Assembly: GCA_964016885.1 (NCBI GenBank)
Contig: OZ024742.1
Location: forward strand, 296,670,001-296,734,000
DNA: 64,000 bases
Direction: 5' to 3'
Source of the DNA: Eledone cirrhosa
Lineage: Eukaryota
Part shown: in pieces, positions 1 through 12,737 of the stretch
Layout: each line of letters begins with the position of its first letter
Position numbering within the stretch: position 1 is the stretch's first letter
Program-made: the position numbers and the translations under genes
Notes under the pieces: model-generated
Seen by the model: the letters and a program-made list of their open reading frames with translations, nothing else
What the model was told of the DNA's origin: nothing
Database searches by the model: none

Positions 1-229
1 TATTTTGCCAGTAACCAGAATCGCTAACTCAAGTCCTCTTGAGCCACCATCAGATGATAGGAACCATGGTTGTATTCATACCTAACCACAATCCCACTAC
101 CTAATTTATCAGGCTTATGGCATGTATCCCATCCTTTTAAACCTTAACTCCCAAGGACCTTAGCACAGCCCTTCTTCCTAAAATACATTTCCATAACAGA
201 TCCTAGTACAATTAAAATTATATGATTTT

Positions 230-735
230 TTAATGTCATAAAGTCAACATCTCAGTTGGAATCTGTCTTCCATTTAGCACATAAGCCTATTACCACATAA
301 CAGAGCTTTTACGTCTACCACCCAAGTAACACAGGATTTAAGCCTATTACTTATGTAGCACCGACTCCTGCAATCGTTGCACATAATTCACCATGTTCAT
401 CAGTTAGCTTGGACTCAACATCTCTTGGCCAGACACTTAGCAGATACTTTGCCAGGAAGGCTAAACAAGGAGATCCCTCTATAATTGGAACAATCTCTCT
501 TGTTTCCCTTCTTGAAACTCGAGGTTATCACTCCCAATTGCCATTGCTTAGTTGCATTTCCAGATATCCAGGCCACCTCTATTTAAGGCTTTTAAAATCT
601 CGAGCTGAATTTCATCTTCCCCAGATACCTTGCCTCATTTGAGCTCTTTAACTGCTCTTGCAACCTCAGCTTCCAAGAGATTAGTTACCACTCCCAGATG
701 CACCTTATGCATCAGGGATGTAGCTACAATGAGGC
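230..735 (-). mobile_element. Decayed RTE-clade LINE, RT-proximal part (non-inverted segment)
   Basis: Minus-strand translation gives EAEVARAVKELK*GKVSGEDEI..EILKAL..GKQRDCSNYRGISLFSLPGKV, i.e. RT domain 0/1 motifs of APE LINEs, with stops and frameshifts. Confidence 0.75.
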
Positions 736-2325
736 AAGTAAAGGCTACCTCTAAGAAAGCCTTGTTTTCTACTGAGAAAAGTAGTAAATTGATGACAGGC
801 ACAAATAAGACAACTAAAAACATTGCAATATGGCCAAAAATATTATTATTATTAATGCAAGATAATAAGAGATGTATTCAGACCTTATGTAGAGGAGCAT
901 GTTCAAAAAATATATTGCAGTCTCTGTCCAATGCTGCAAGAACTGGCAACAAGCCTGCAACTTATTCTGGGAGGTGTGGGATGGATGTACAAAGGTTACA
1001 TATCCTGAGATCCGAAAGAGGGTCCAGAAGAGAACAAACTTTGCCAATTGCTAACTGTAACATTAAAACATAATAATCCTTACAGGCAATAAACAGGAAC
1101 TAATGAAGGTGGCCAGATGCTACTGGTTAGATATAGTCAGGATTTCCTCAGCAAAATTCTGTGGTTCTGGTACTGTAGATTTAGATGGAGCATGGAGGTG
1201 CGACTAATTGTGTGTGGCACCAGATAGGGCAGCACAGGAATGCAGGTACTCACAGCCCCTGGCTGTCAGAAATGTGTTATGGACTCAATTCCATTGGGAG
1301 GGAGGATTTTCCTCCTGAAGCTTAGACTGAAAGAAAGGTCTCTGTGGGTGGTGCAAGTTCATGCACCAAACGAGGAGTCTAAATACAGGTCTTTCCTTGA
1401 TGAATTCACTGCAGCCTTATATGAAGTTAAGACTGAGTCATATATTTTAAAGGGAGACATCAATGCACATGTTGGCATTGACCACCTGACATGGAAATTT
1501 GATATTAGAAGGAACAGTGATACCAATCTAAATAATAACGGAAAGACTTATCAGACTTCTAGTAATGGGCTCTCTATTGTGAACACCTTCATCTAGACAA
1601 AGACATCCATAAATACACATGGTATAAGTGGAATTGGGGACAAAGCTCAATAAATAATTTTGTTATTGTATCTGATCTCTTTGCTTCTGTACTGGAAGTT
1701 CATGTTAAGAGAGTGACTGAGATGTCAATTGATCATCATTTAGTTATTTGCAGCCAACGACTACCCAAAGCCAAGAAAGCCCACAAAATGTGCAGATCCA
1801 GCAAAACCTACAGGATAAAGTGGGAAGCACTGGTGGATAAGGAAGAACAGGTATGTGAATACTATTGCATTCTAATTCAAAGTACTCCCTCAGTGAACTG
1901 AGGACATTGAAATGGAGTGGATCCTATTCAGCTTGGCAGTTTCTGGTTTAGCTATTAAATGCTGTGAGTAAAAATGACTTGGTGTGGCAAGAGGAACACT
2001 TGGTTCAATCAAGTGGTCAAAGATGCCATCCGAGCAAAGAAGGAGACTTATAAATAAGTCCATCTTCTTGCACTTGCGGTACCAGCAGGTATGAAAATTC
2101 CTGGCAGAGACAGTAAAGACATACAAAATTAAGACATGGGAAGACTTTGGGGTTAAGCAGGTATTCAACCTTAGATCAGCAAATAAAGTGTTCTGGCTGA
2201 CCATCTGCCAATTTCATACTAAGAAGTCCTCCTCCACACCTGCTATCAGGAATGAGTTAGGAGTTGTCTCTTCAGATAGGTGTATCCTCATGAGGGGGAG
2301 AGAATATTTTGCTGATCTCCTAATA
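736..2325 (+). mobile_element. Decayed RTE-clade LINE, 5'UTR plus APE endonuclease (inverted relative to 230-735)
   Basis: ORF fragments VVQVHAP..YRSFLDE..GDINAHVG, MSIDHHLV, RIKWEAL and REYFADLL are APE and linker motifs. Confidence 0.8.
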
Positions 2326-2837
2326 GAATTATTTACTTGACACATTTTCATTTACCAAGTTCACAGATATTAATTTTTTTGTCACCTTCTTGTATTGAAC
2401 CCTTTATCTAACTTTTGCAGATTAATAGATTTTTCTGTTATCAATAATCTCTTTTAATAATTCCACTATGGAATTAAAAGATACAACAAAACAAAGCCTT
2501 CTTTTTTTCAATCAATTCAATACATATAACGTGATATTCTTAAAATAAAGATTATTTTGGCAATATCTAAAATTGTATTCTGTCATCACTTGCTTTGCAG
2601 CAACAAAGCACAAAGGTAACAAAATATAAATCTAAAAATATTATTGCAGTTTTCTGTAAACTTATTAAAGAGCCAATAAATTTAATTGAAAGCCACTTCT
2701 GTAAATCCATATGAAAAATGTCACATCTCCATATATTTTGAGATAAACAAGTCATATAGGATTGTTATTAGAACTATGAGGAATGAGGTATAAGATTTTA
2801 ATATAAGTATGCATGTGTGTGTGTGCATGCACATGTA

Positions 2838-3080
2838 CAGTGGCGGACTGGCCAGGTTTCCAGGTTGCCCAATGGCAAGTGGACCCCAAGGGGCCCATGG
2901 TAGCATTGCAGGGCCCACATTAGCATTGCGGGGCCAACTGTAGTATTTTAGGGGCCAATGCTTTGCTTTCAAAAAATACCTGAAGTCTAAGAGAAAGAAT
3001 AACATTAAAAAAAAAATAAAAACAATTAAGCAAGGCATTTGGTCAACCAAACCCCCAGGGAATTACTAGAAACCCAAATA
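2838..3080. mobile_element. Probable non-autonomous hAT-like MITE remnant
   Basis: Starts CAGTGGCGGACTGG and has several GGGCCC motifs in a GC-rich island; right TIR not clearly seen. Confidence 0.35.
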
Positions 3081-3160
3081 TATGATAGTGCAAATAGCTG
3101 GAATCTAAAGCTTAGTTTATTCATTCATGCATGCAAAAATACATATATAGACACACACAA

Positions 3161-3205
<45 letters not shown>

Positions 3206-3296
3206 GACCAAACGTTTAACAAGGTTAATTGATTAATCAATGAATAAAGTTTTACAATAGATTAGAAGCAGTCAACAAGTATATATATATATAATA

Positions 3297-3340
<44 letters not shown>

Positions 3341-3345
<5 letters not shown>

Positions 3346-4281
3346 TACGGGCGATCTGTCGATTTTGAGAATGTAAGCAATACTTGTCTTTTCTTTTATC
3401 CGTAGTTTTCTCATTAAGCAGTGTTTTAAACTCCTATTTATGCCAGTCTAAAATTCAAAATCTCCATTTTCCTCTCGGATTTTCAATTATTATTTTACAT
3501 GTTTTTAATAATATGTCTCATTCTGTTGGACCTTTCCTAAAAACTAACCTCCTAAAGTTACTCATAAAGTCGTCTCAATAAGCAGTGTTTTAAACTCCTA
3601 TTTATGCCAGTCTAGAAGTCAAATTCTCCGTTTTCCTCTCGGATTTTCAATTATTATTTTACATGTTTTTAATAATATGTCTCTTTCTGTTGGACCATTC
3701 CTAAAAACTAACCTTCTAGCGGAATTGGCAGTATCGGCAGAGGGTTGGACGTCATGCTTTGTAGCATAGTTACGTCCCTTTACAGTCTGAGTTCAAATCC
3801 CGCCGAGGTTAACTTTGCCTTTCATCCTTACGGGGTCGATAAAATAAAGTATCAGTAATGTACTGGAAATTGCTGGTCTTGTGCCAAAAGTAGAAACAAT
3901 TATTATTAATTAATTATTCTATAAGCTTCCTGCACCTCGCTCGCAAACTTTGTAAACACTTTGTTCCTTCTCTCATACGCTCCCCCCCTCCCACCTGATC
4001 GCAAGTATAAAATAAATCTTGCTGGTTTCCAAGGACAGAATTTATCTATCTAATCTATCTTACGGGCGATCTGTCGATTTTGAGAATGTAAGCAATACTT
4101 GTCTTTTTTTTTATCCGTAGTCTTCTCATTAAGCAGTGTTTTAAACTCCTATTTATGCCAGTCTAAAATTCAAATTCTCCGTTTTTCCTCTCGGATTTTC
4201 AGTTATTATTTTACATGTTTTTAATAATATGTCTCTTTCTGTTGGACCCTTCCTAAAAACTAACCTTCTCCTAAAGTTACC
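3341..4281 (+). repeat. Direct repeats of a ~220-bp unit (3341-3562, partial 3574-3716, 4057-4281) upstream of RTE copy 1
   Basis: tatcttacgggcgatctgtcgattttgagaatg...ctaaagttac recurs near-identically. Confidence 0.9.
3717..3910 (+). mobile_element. tRNA-derived SINE (family A)
   Basis: A-box-like tggcagtatcgg, B-box gagttcaaatcc, central gcctttcatccttacggggtcgataaaataaagt, (ATT)n tail; many copies in the window. Confidence 0.9.
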
Positions 4282-7200
4282 CATTTACTGCCGTCCCACC
4301 ACCACACAGCACCATTGCTGTATGGTCCAATTATAACTCAGCGGCTTTAGTAAGTTCTCTAACAAATCAGTATAGCAAAGCTACCACCTCGGTTACTACT
4401 CCTTAAGTTTAGACCTGTTTGATGGGTTGACTGCGAAAATTTGAAATGTCTAAGCACTCACTGACAATGTCACAGATAAAGATAAATTCACCTCCCACTA
4501 CAAGACGAGAATACAAGGACTCCTCTTTATTTCAGACACGGATGACCAACAAAATTCCGTCTCCACCACCCCTCCATCCGACCCTTCCAACTTCAGAGTT
4601 GGTACCATGAACGTAGGTACATTGAAAGGTCGCTCAAATGAGGTTGTAGAGATGCTTGAACGTAAAGAAGTTGATGTTTGTTGTATTCAAGAGACAAGGT
4701 GGAGAGGGGGGGGGGGGGTCTGCCAGATTCATCGTAGGTAAAAAACGATGCTATAAACTTTTCTGGGTGGGAAATGACAACGGACAGGGAGGTGTAGGAA
4801 TTATGTTAGCTGAAAAATGGGTAGATAAGGTAATTGACATAAATAGAGTGAATGACAGAATCATTAAATTAAGACTAGTTCTAAATAGAACTACTGTGAC
4901 AATAATATCTGCTTATGCACCCCAATCTGGTCTACCTGATGTTATAAAGGACAGGTTCTATGAGATGCTAATGCACACTACCTCCCAAATAACCGACAGC
5001 GACTACTTAATTATTGCTGACAATCTAAACGGTCACGTTGGACAACATAGTGATGGCTATGATGGAATCCATGGAGACTATGGGGTTGGAAATAGAAATG
5101 AGAAGGGCTTCAGAATCCTGGAATTCTGTTACGCAAATAGCCTAACTATCTGGAACACAAACTTCAAAAAACGTGAAAACCACTTGATCACCTGTAGATC
5201 AGGGGAACACGCCAGCCAGATAGATTATATCCTTACTAGAAGACGGGACAAAGTGTCTGTTGTAAACACCAAATCCCTCCCTCGTGAAGAATGCACCTCC
5301 CAACATAGCCTAGTAGTTAGTGACCTCATAGTCAGGAATAGACATACTCGACGACAGAGGAGGCCTACCTTGAGGAGAAGAATATGGAAGTTGAAGGACC
5401 CCATAGCCAGTGATAAATTTAAAAGCTTATTACTTGATGCCTTTGACAATAAGGAAGAGCAATTAGAGACGTGCAATATAGAGGAACAGTGGCAATTCTT
5501 GAAAGTGAACCTGCTGAAAGCAACGGATGAAAACTGGCTGGAGCAGACCTATTGGCAGGAGGAGAGTAACTTGGTGGTGGAACAGTAAGGTGGAAGAGAC
5601 AAGCAAGGCCAAAAAGCAGGCTTGGAAAGTATTGCAGGATTGGGGAAGTAGAGAGCACTATTAAGTGGCCAGGAGAGTGGCTAGGAGACAAGTGTACCTT
5701 GCAAAAAGAGAAGCAGAGGATAGAAAGTTCAAGCATGTTCTACAACATGAGGACCAAAAACGTGAGGTGTTCAGGATTGCTAGAAATGTCTCAAGGAAAA
5801 CCGTGATATTGTCGAGGAGAAGTGTGTCCGTAATGATAATGGTGTACTTGCACTCACTAATACTGATAAGAAGATAGCCTGGAAGTGTCACTACGAGAGA
5901 CTATTAAATGAGGAGAATAAATGGGAAAAAGATAGTCTGCCCCAAACCGATCCAATAGAAGGACCAGCGGTGCAAGTTAAAGGTAGCATAATAAGTAAGG
6001 CAATCAAAGATATGAAGACAGGCAGGGAAGCTGGGCCTTCGGAGATAGTTGCAGAGATGTTGAATGCATCTGGTATGTTGGGACACACTATGGTCACCCG
6101 TATAGTTAACCAAGTAATACAGAATGGGGTCATACCGAAAGACTGGCGTAGCAGCATCATCATTAACTGCTACAAGGGTAAAGGGGATGCTCTAAATAGG
6201 AGAAACTATAGAGGCATTAAGTTAGTTGACCAGGTCATGAAGGTCACAGAAAGAGTTATAGCGCAACTAATCAGAGAGCGAATTGATCTAGATGAAATGC
6301 AGTTTGGGTTTGTGTCAGGTAAACGTACCACAGACGCTCTTTTCCTTGTACCACAACTACAAGAGAAGAACCTAGCTAAAATTAAACCGCTCTACTTAGC
6401 TTTTGTAGACCTGGAGAAAGCCTTTGACAGAGTCCCCCGCACTATTATCTGGTGGGCTCTTAGAAAACTAGGTGTTGATGAATGGCTTGTATAATCAAAC
6501 AGTCGGTAAGGTTAGAATTAACAATGAATATTGTGAAGAATTTAGTGTAAAAGTTGGCGTTCATCAAGGCCCTGTCCTTAGCCCCCTCCTATTTATTATT
6601 ACCCTTCAGGCTATAACAGAGGAGTTCAAGACCGGCTGCCCATGCGAACTCCTATACGCAGATGATCTAACGCTCATAGCTGAATCAATGGCTGAACTAG
6701 AGAAGAAATTCCAAACATGGAAGCATGGCCTAGAATCAAAAGGCCTTAAAGTTAACTTGTCTAAGACTAAAGTTCTAGTTTGTAGAAAGGAAAATAGGGC
6801 ACAGGTGCCCTCAGGGAAATGGCCATGCTCAATGTGTAGGAAAGGAGTAGGCAGAAATTCCATTCTATGTCCCAAATGCAAAGTATGGGTACATAAAAGA
6901 TGTAATGGGATCACAGGTAAACTATCTAAGAACGTAGACTATATATGTGGACAATGCTCAGGTGCAATAAGTAGCAAGTGTCCACAGGATACGAGCTCCT
7001 TCTATTGCCCTGATGGTTCTATAGAAATAGTAGACACTTTCCGTTACCTGGATGATAAAATCAGCAGTGGTGGAGGGTGTTCTGAAAGTACAGTAGCCAG
7101 AGTCAGAACGGGATGGAAAAAGTTCAGAGAGCTTATACTGTTGATGGCCACAACAGGTTTCTCTCTAAAAATGAAAAGCAGATTGTATGATGCCTATATA

Positions 7201-8008
7201 CGAACAGCAATGCTACATTGCAGTGAGACATGGGCATTACGTGCAGAGGACCTGCGCAGACTGGAAAGGAATGAAGGATACATGCTCCATTGGATATGTA
7301 ATAGTAATATACGTTAACGGCAAAGCATAAATGAAGTAAGTGAGAAATTAGGAATAAGAGGGTTTAGATGCTGTTTAGTTGAGATAAGACTACGTTGGTA
7401 TGGTCACATGATGCGCATGAAAGATGACAGCTGCATAAAAAGGTGCAGAGCAATCAAAATTGATGGTAGTTACGGAGTAGGTAGACCCAGAAAAACCTAG
7501 GACGATCTGATAAATCCCGACCTTACACACTTGCACCTTTCTAAGACAATGTCACTAGACCGAAATCTTTGGTGCTACGCAGTAATACAGAAGACCCGCC
7601 TTGCCTATGTACAAAGCGAAACCTACAGTCAGTAGGCACCTCTCAACCAAATATACACCCCAATCCACTACCCCTACCCTATCCTCCCACTCCCACCAAC
7701 ACAACCCTTTCTCTGTAAAGTTGGTACCACAACATCCAGTCCAAATAAATGAGATAATGAGATCGAGATCGAGATCGTGTAGGTGTCACGAGAAAAACAC
7801 ACACAGTCGAGGCTGTAATGTGGCCATGTAGGTTTCCAGTTACACACCGTAAATGTGGTTGGTGTTAGGAAGGGCATCCAGCCGTAGAAAACCTGCCAGA
7901 TAGTCCTATACGAGCGAGACATGGTCACTCGACCAACCTTGCCTCAAGTGGGACAACTCCCGTCTATCCCATGCTAGCGTGGAAGATGGACGTTAAATGA
8001 TGATGATA
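4282..8008 (+). mobile_element. RTE LINE copy 1 (near full length, frameshifted): APE, RT with PHD finger, 3'UTR, (GAT)n tail
   Basis: FRVGTMNVGTL..CIQETRW, SAYAPQ, IDYIL, NYRGIKL, QFGF, AFVDLEKAFD, GVHQG..LSP, LLYADD, GRPRKT; ends in gatgatgat followed by (TA)n. Confidence 0.97.
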
Positions 8009-8035
8009 ATATATATATGTATATATATATATATA

Positions 8036-9220
8036 TCAACTAGAAATTGATTGACATATAAATATATCTAAAATAAACATATGAAACAGTCACAGGGGAT
8101 AATTTGTAAAAGTGTGTATGCACACATATCTAGGTAGGTAACTAAATAAAGTTTAACTAGAACTTCAAAAATAGATACCTTATAAATTGATTAATCTTCC
8201 TTGTATATATTCCATTAAAGAAATATATTTCACCAATTAATCGATTGGTAAACGACAGTAGCCAGATCCTGAATTTTCAACAAGGAAGAGGTCCAACCAT
8301 CTGTGTTTACGCATCAAATTCAAATCAGCGACTGGCTAGTAACACGTACTGTATTTACTAAAAATACATACATCGTACCAGCTTTGTCCCAGTGGCGTGA
8401 ATAGGGTTATCGACAACTAGAAATAGCAGTCAAGTCCTTTCAACTGAGTTAGCTCTACAATTAAGGGGCCGTATTTATATATATCCAAAATTAAGATAAA
8501 TTAAGGGTGTCATGTCAGATAGACATGCGCCATATATTAGTTGATATAAAATGCTCGGATTAGTTGATATAAAATGCTCTGATCTATTCATTAGAATCTT
8601 GGACCATACTTTACGGGTGATATGGCGCATGTCTATCTGACATGACACCCTTAATTTATCTTAATTTTGGATATATATAAATATGGCCCCTTAATTGTAG
8701 AGCTAACTCAGTTGAAAGGACTTGACTGCTATTTCTAGTTGTCGATAACCCTATTCACGCCACTGGGACGAAGCTGGTACGATGTGTGTATTTTTAGTAA
8801 ATACAGTACGTGTTACTAGCCAGTCGCTGATTTGAATTTGATGCGTAAACACAGATGGTTGGACCTCTTCCTTGTTGAAAATTCAGGATCTGGCTACTGT
8901 CGTTTACCAATCGATTAATTGGTGAAATATATTTCTTTAATGGAATATATACAAGGAAGATTTATCAATTTATAAGGTATCTATTTTTGAAGTTCTAGTT
9001 AAACTTTATTTAGTTACCTACCTAGATATGTGTGCATACACACTTTTACAAATATCCTCTGTGATTGTTTTATATGTTTATTTTAGATATATTTATATGT
9101 CAATCAATTTCTAGTTGATATAAAATGCTCGGATCTATTCATTAGGATCTTGGAACATACTTTCCGGGTGATATGGTGCATGTCTATCTGACATGACACC
9201 CTTAATTTATCTTAATTTTG
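8036..9220. repeat. Fold-back: ~500-bp inverted repeat (8036-8535 vs 8619-9120) plus partial direct repeat (8561-8670 vs 9113-9220), flanked by (TA)n
   Basis: Arms read as near-perfect reverse complements; tagttgatataaaatgctc occurs three times. Confidence 0.93.
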
Positions 9221-9246
<26 letters not shown>

Positions 9247-9251
<5 letters not shown>

Positions 9252-12200
9252 AGGTTGATGTTTGCTGTATTCAAGAGACCAGGTGGAGGGGTGGGTCTGC
9301 TAGATTCATTGTGGGTAAAAAACGTTGCTATAAGCTCTTCTGGGTGGGAAATAACAATGGGATAGGTGGGATAGGAATCATGTTAGCAAAAAAATGGGCG
9401 GATAACATAATAGATGTAAATAGCGTAAATGACAGAATAATTAAAATAAGACTTGTTCTAAATAGAACTACTGTGACAGTAATATCGGCACACGCGCCCC
9501 AATCCGGACTGCCTGGCGCTATAAAAGACAGATTCTATGATACACTGATACTCACTACCTCCCAAATAACCGACAGTGACTATATAATTATTGCTGGCGA
9601 CCTAAATGGCCACGTTGGTCAACATTGTGACGGCTATGACGGAATCCACGGAGGCTATGGGTTTGGTACTAGAAATGAGGAAGGCTCCAGAATCCTGGAA
9701 TTCTGTGATGCAAATAACCTAACTATATGTAACACTAACTTCAAAAAACGAGACAATCACTTGATCACCTACAGATCGGGGGAACATACCAGCCAGGTAG
9801 ATTATATCCTTACCAGAAGACGTGACAGAGTGTCTGTTGTAAACACTAAATCCCTCCCCCATGAAGAATGCACCTCCCAACATAGACTCATAATTAGTGA
9901 CCTCATAGTCAGGATGAGACATACTAGACAACAGAAGAGGACTATCCTCAGGAGAAAAATATGGAAGCTAAAGGACCCCACAGCCAGAAATAAATTTCAA
10001 AGCATGTTACTTGATGCTTTCGACAGTAAGGAAGAGCAATTAGAGTCAGATAACAGAGAGGAACAGTAGGAATTCCTAGAAGCAAACCTGCTGACGGCGG
10101 CAGACGAAGTCTGTGGCTGGAGCAGGCCTGTAGGTAGGAGGAGAGTAACATGGTGGTGGAACAGTAAGGTGGAGGAGTCAATTAAGGCCAAAAAGCAGGC
10201 TTGGAAAGTATGGCGGGATGGGGGAAGTAGAGAAGACTATCAAGTGGCCAGGAGGGAAGCTAGGAGACAAGTGTACTTCGCAAGAAGAGAAGCAGAAGAA
10301 AGAAAGTTCAAGCATGTTCTACAACGTGAGGACCAAAAACGTGAGGTGTTCAGGATTGCTAGGCAATGTATCAAGGAAAGCCGTGATATTGTCGGGAAGA
10401 AGTGTGTACTTAATGATGATGGCGTACTTGCCATCACTGACGCTGATAAGAAGGTAGCTTGGAAGTGTCACTACGAAAGGCTTCTAAATGAGGAGAATAA
10501 ATGGGAGAAAGACAGTCTCCCCCACATCGACCCAATAGAGGGACCGGCAGTGTTAGTCGAAGGTAGTATAATAAGTAAGGCAATCAAAGATATGAAGATG
10601 GGTAAGGCGGCTGGGCCTTCGGAAATAGTTGCTGAGATGCTGAAAGCCTCTGGAACGGTGGGACACACCATGGTCACCCGGATAGTAAACCAAGTCATAC
10701 AGAATGGGGTTGTTCCGAAGGACTGGCATAGCAGCATCATCATTAACTGATACAAGGGTAAAGGAGATGCCCTAGATAGGAGTAACTATAGAGGCATTAA
10801 ATTAATCGACCAGGTCATGAAGGTCACGGAAAAAGTTATAGCGCAACTAATCAGAGAGAGAATTGATCTAGATGAAATGCAGTTCGGTTTTGTGTCAGGC
10901 AAAAGTACCACAGACGCTCTTTTCATTGTACGACAACTACAGGAGAAGTACCTAGCTAAAAGTAAACCCCTATACTTAGCTTTTGTTGACTTGGAGAAAG
11001 CCTTCGACAGAGTCCCCCGTTCCATTATCTGGTGGGCTCTTAGAAAACTAGGTGTTGACGAATGGCTTGTGAGAGCTATACAAGCCATGTATAAAGAAAC
11101 AGTCAGCAAGGTTAGAATTAACAACGAATATAGTGAAGAGTTTAGTGTAAAAGTTGGTGTACATCAGAGCTCTGTTCTTAGCCCCCTACTATTTATTATT
11201 GCCCTTCAGGCTATAACAGTGGAGTTCAAGACCGGCTGCCCATGGGAACTCCAATACGCAGATGATCTAACGCTCATAGCTGAATCAATGGCCGAGCTAG
11301 AGAAGAAATTCCAAACATGGAAGCACGGCCTAGAATCAAAAGGCCTTAAAATTAACCTGGCTAAGACTAAAGTTCTAGTTTGTAGGAAAGAAAATAAGGC
11401 GACGGTCCCTTCCGAGAAATGACCATGCTCAGTGTGTAGGAAAGGCGTACATAGAAACTCCATTTTATGTCCCAAATGCAAAGTATGGGTGCATAAAAGA
11501 TGTAGTGGAATCACAGGTAAGCTAACTAAGAACATAGATTTTACATGTGGCCGGTGCTCTGGTGCAATAAGTAGCAGCAAGTGCCCACAAAATACTAACT
11601 CTTTCAATTGCGCAGAGGGTTCTATAGAAATAGTGGACAGCTTCCATTACCTGGGTGACAAAATCAGCAGTGGGGGAGAGTGTTCTGAAAGTACAGTAGC
11701 TAGTGTCAGAACTGGATGGAAAAAGTTCAGAGAGCTTATACCACTATTAGCCACTAACGGGTTCTCCCTAAAAATGAAAGGCAGGTTGTATCATGCCTGC
11801 ATACGAACAGCAATGTTGTATGGCAGTGAGACCTGGGCATTGTGTGCAGAGGATATACGCAGACTAGAGAGGAATGAAGCTTGCATGCTCCGCTGGATGT
11901 GTAATAGTAACATACATGAACGGCAAAGCATAAGCGAACTAAGGAAAAAATTAGAAATAAGAGGGATCAGATGTTGTTTACTCGAGAGAAGGCTACGTTG
12001 GTATGGACACGTGATGCGCATGAAAGACGACAGCTGTATAACAAAGTGCAGGGCAATAAAGATAGATGGTAGCTACGGAGTAGGCAGACCCAGAAAAACC
12101 TGGGACGAGCTGATAAATTCCGACCTCACTCACTTACACCTCTCCAAGACAATGTCACTGGACCGAGACCTTTGGCGGTACTCAGTAATAGAGAAGACCC

Positions 12201-12600
12201 GCCTTACCTAAATACAAAGTAAAACATACTACAGTCAGTAGGCATCTCTAACAAAATACACCCCCGTCCCACCACCCCCACCCCATCCACACCGCCCCTT
12301 TCAATGTAAAGTTATGTTGGTGCCACAACATCCAGGCCGAAACAAATGAGATCGTGTAGGTGTCACGACAAAAAAACACACAGTCCACGCTGTAATGTGG
12401 CTGTGTAGGTAACACGGTAAAAACCTCCCAATCCACACTGTAAATGTGGTTGGTGTTAGGAAGGGCATCCAGCTGTAGAAAACCCGCCAGATAGTCCTAT
12501 GCGAGCAAGACAACCACTCTTGCCTCAAGTGGGAAAACCCCCGTCCAAACCCATGCAAGCGTGGAACATGGACATTAAACGTTGATGATGATGATGATGA
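9247..12600 (+). mobile_element. RTE LINE copy 2 (slightly 5'-truncated; one reading frame with three premature stops)
   Basis: ORFs starting 9218, 10169, 10817 and 11432 share one frame; APE, RT (YADD) and PHD present; (GAT)n tail; (TA)n on both flanks. Confidence 0.98.
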
Positions 12601-12737
12601 TATATATATATATATATATATATGTACTTACACATAGATGCGAACTACTAACCAAATAATGTTTGGCATCAATGGGTTGAAGACATCTGCCAATTCAATT
12701 AGTGGTGAAGGTGGTGTATATATATATACACACACAT

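Noticed and set aside
3717-3810. tRNA genes
   Set aside because: The A/B-box segments are SINE heads without a cloverleaf and continue into the SINE body
5225-12021. Antisense ORFs of 60-133 aa conserved between RTE copies
   Set aside because: Shadow frames of the RTE ORF; conservation is explained by the copies being young
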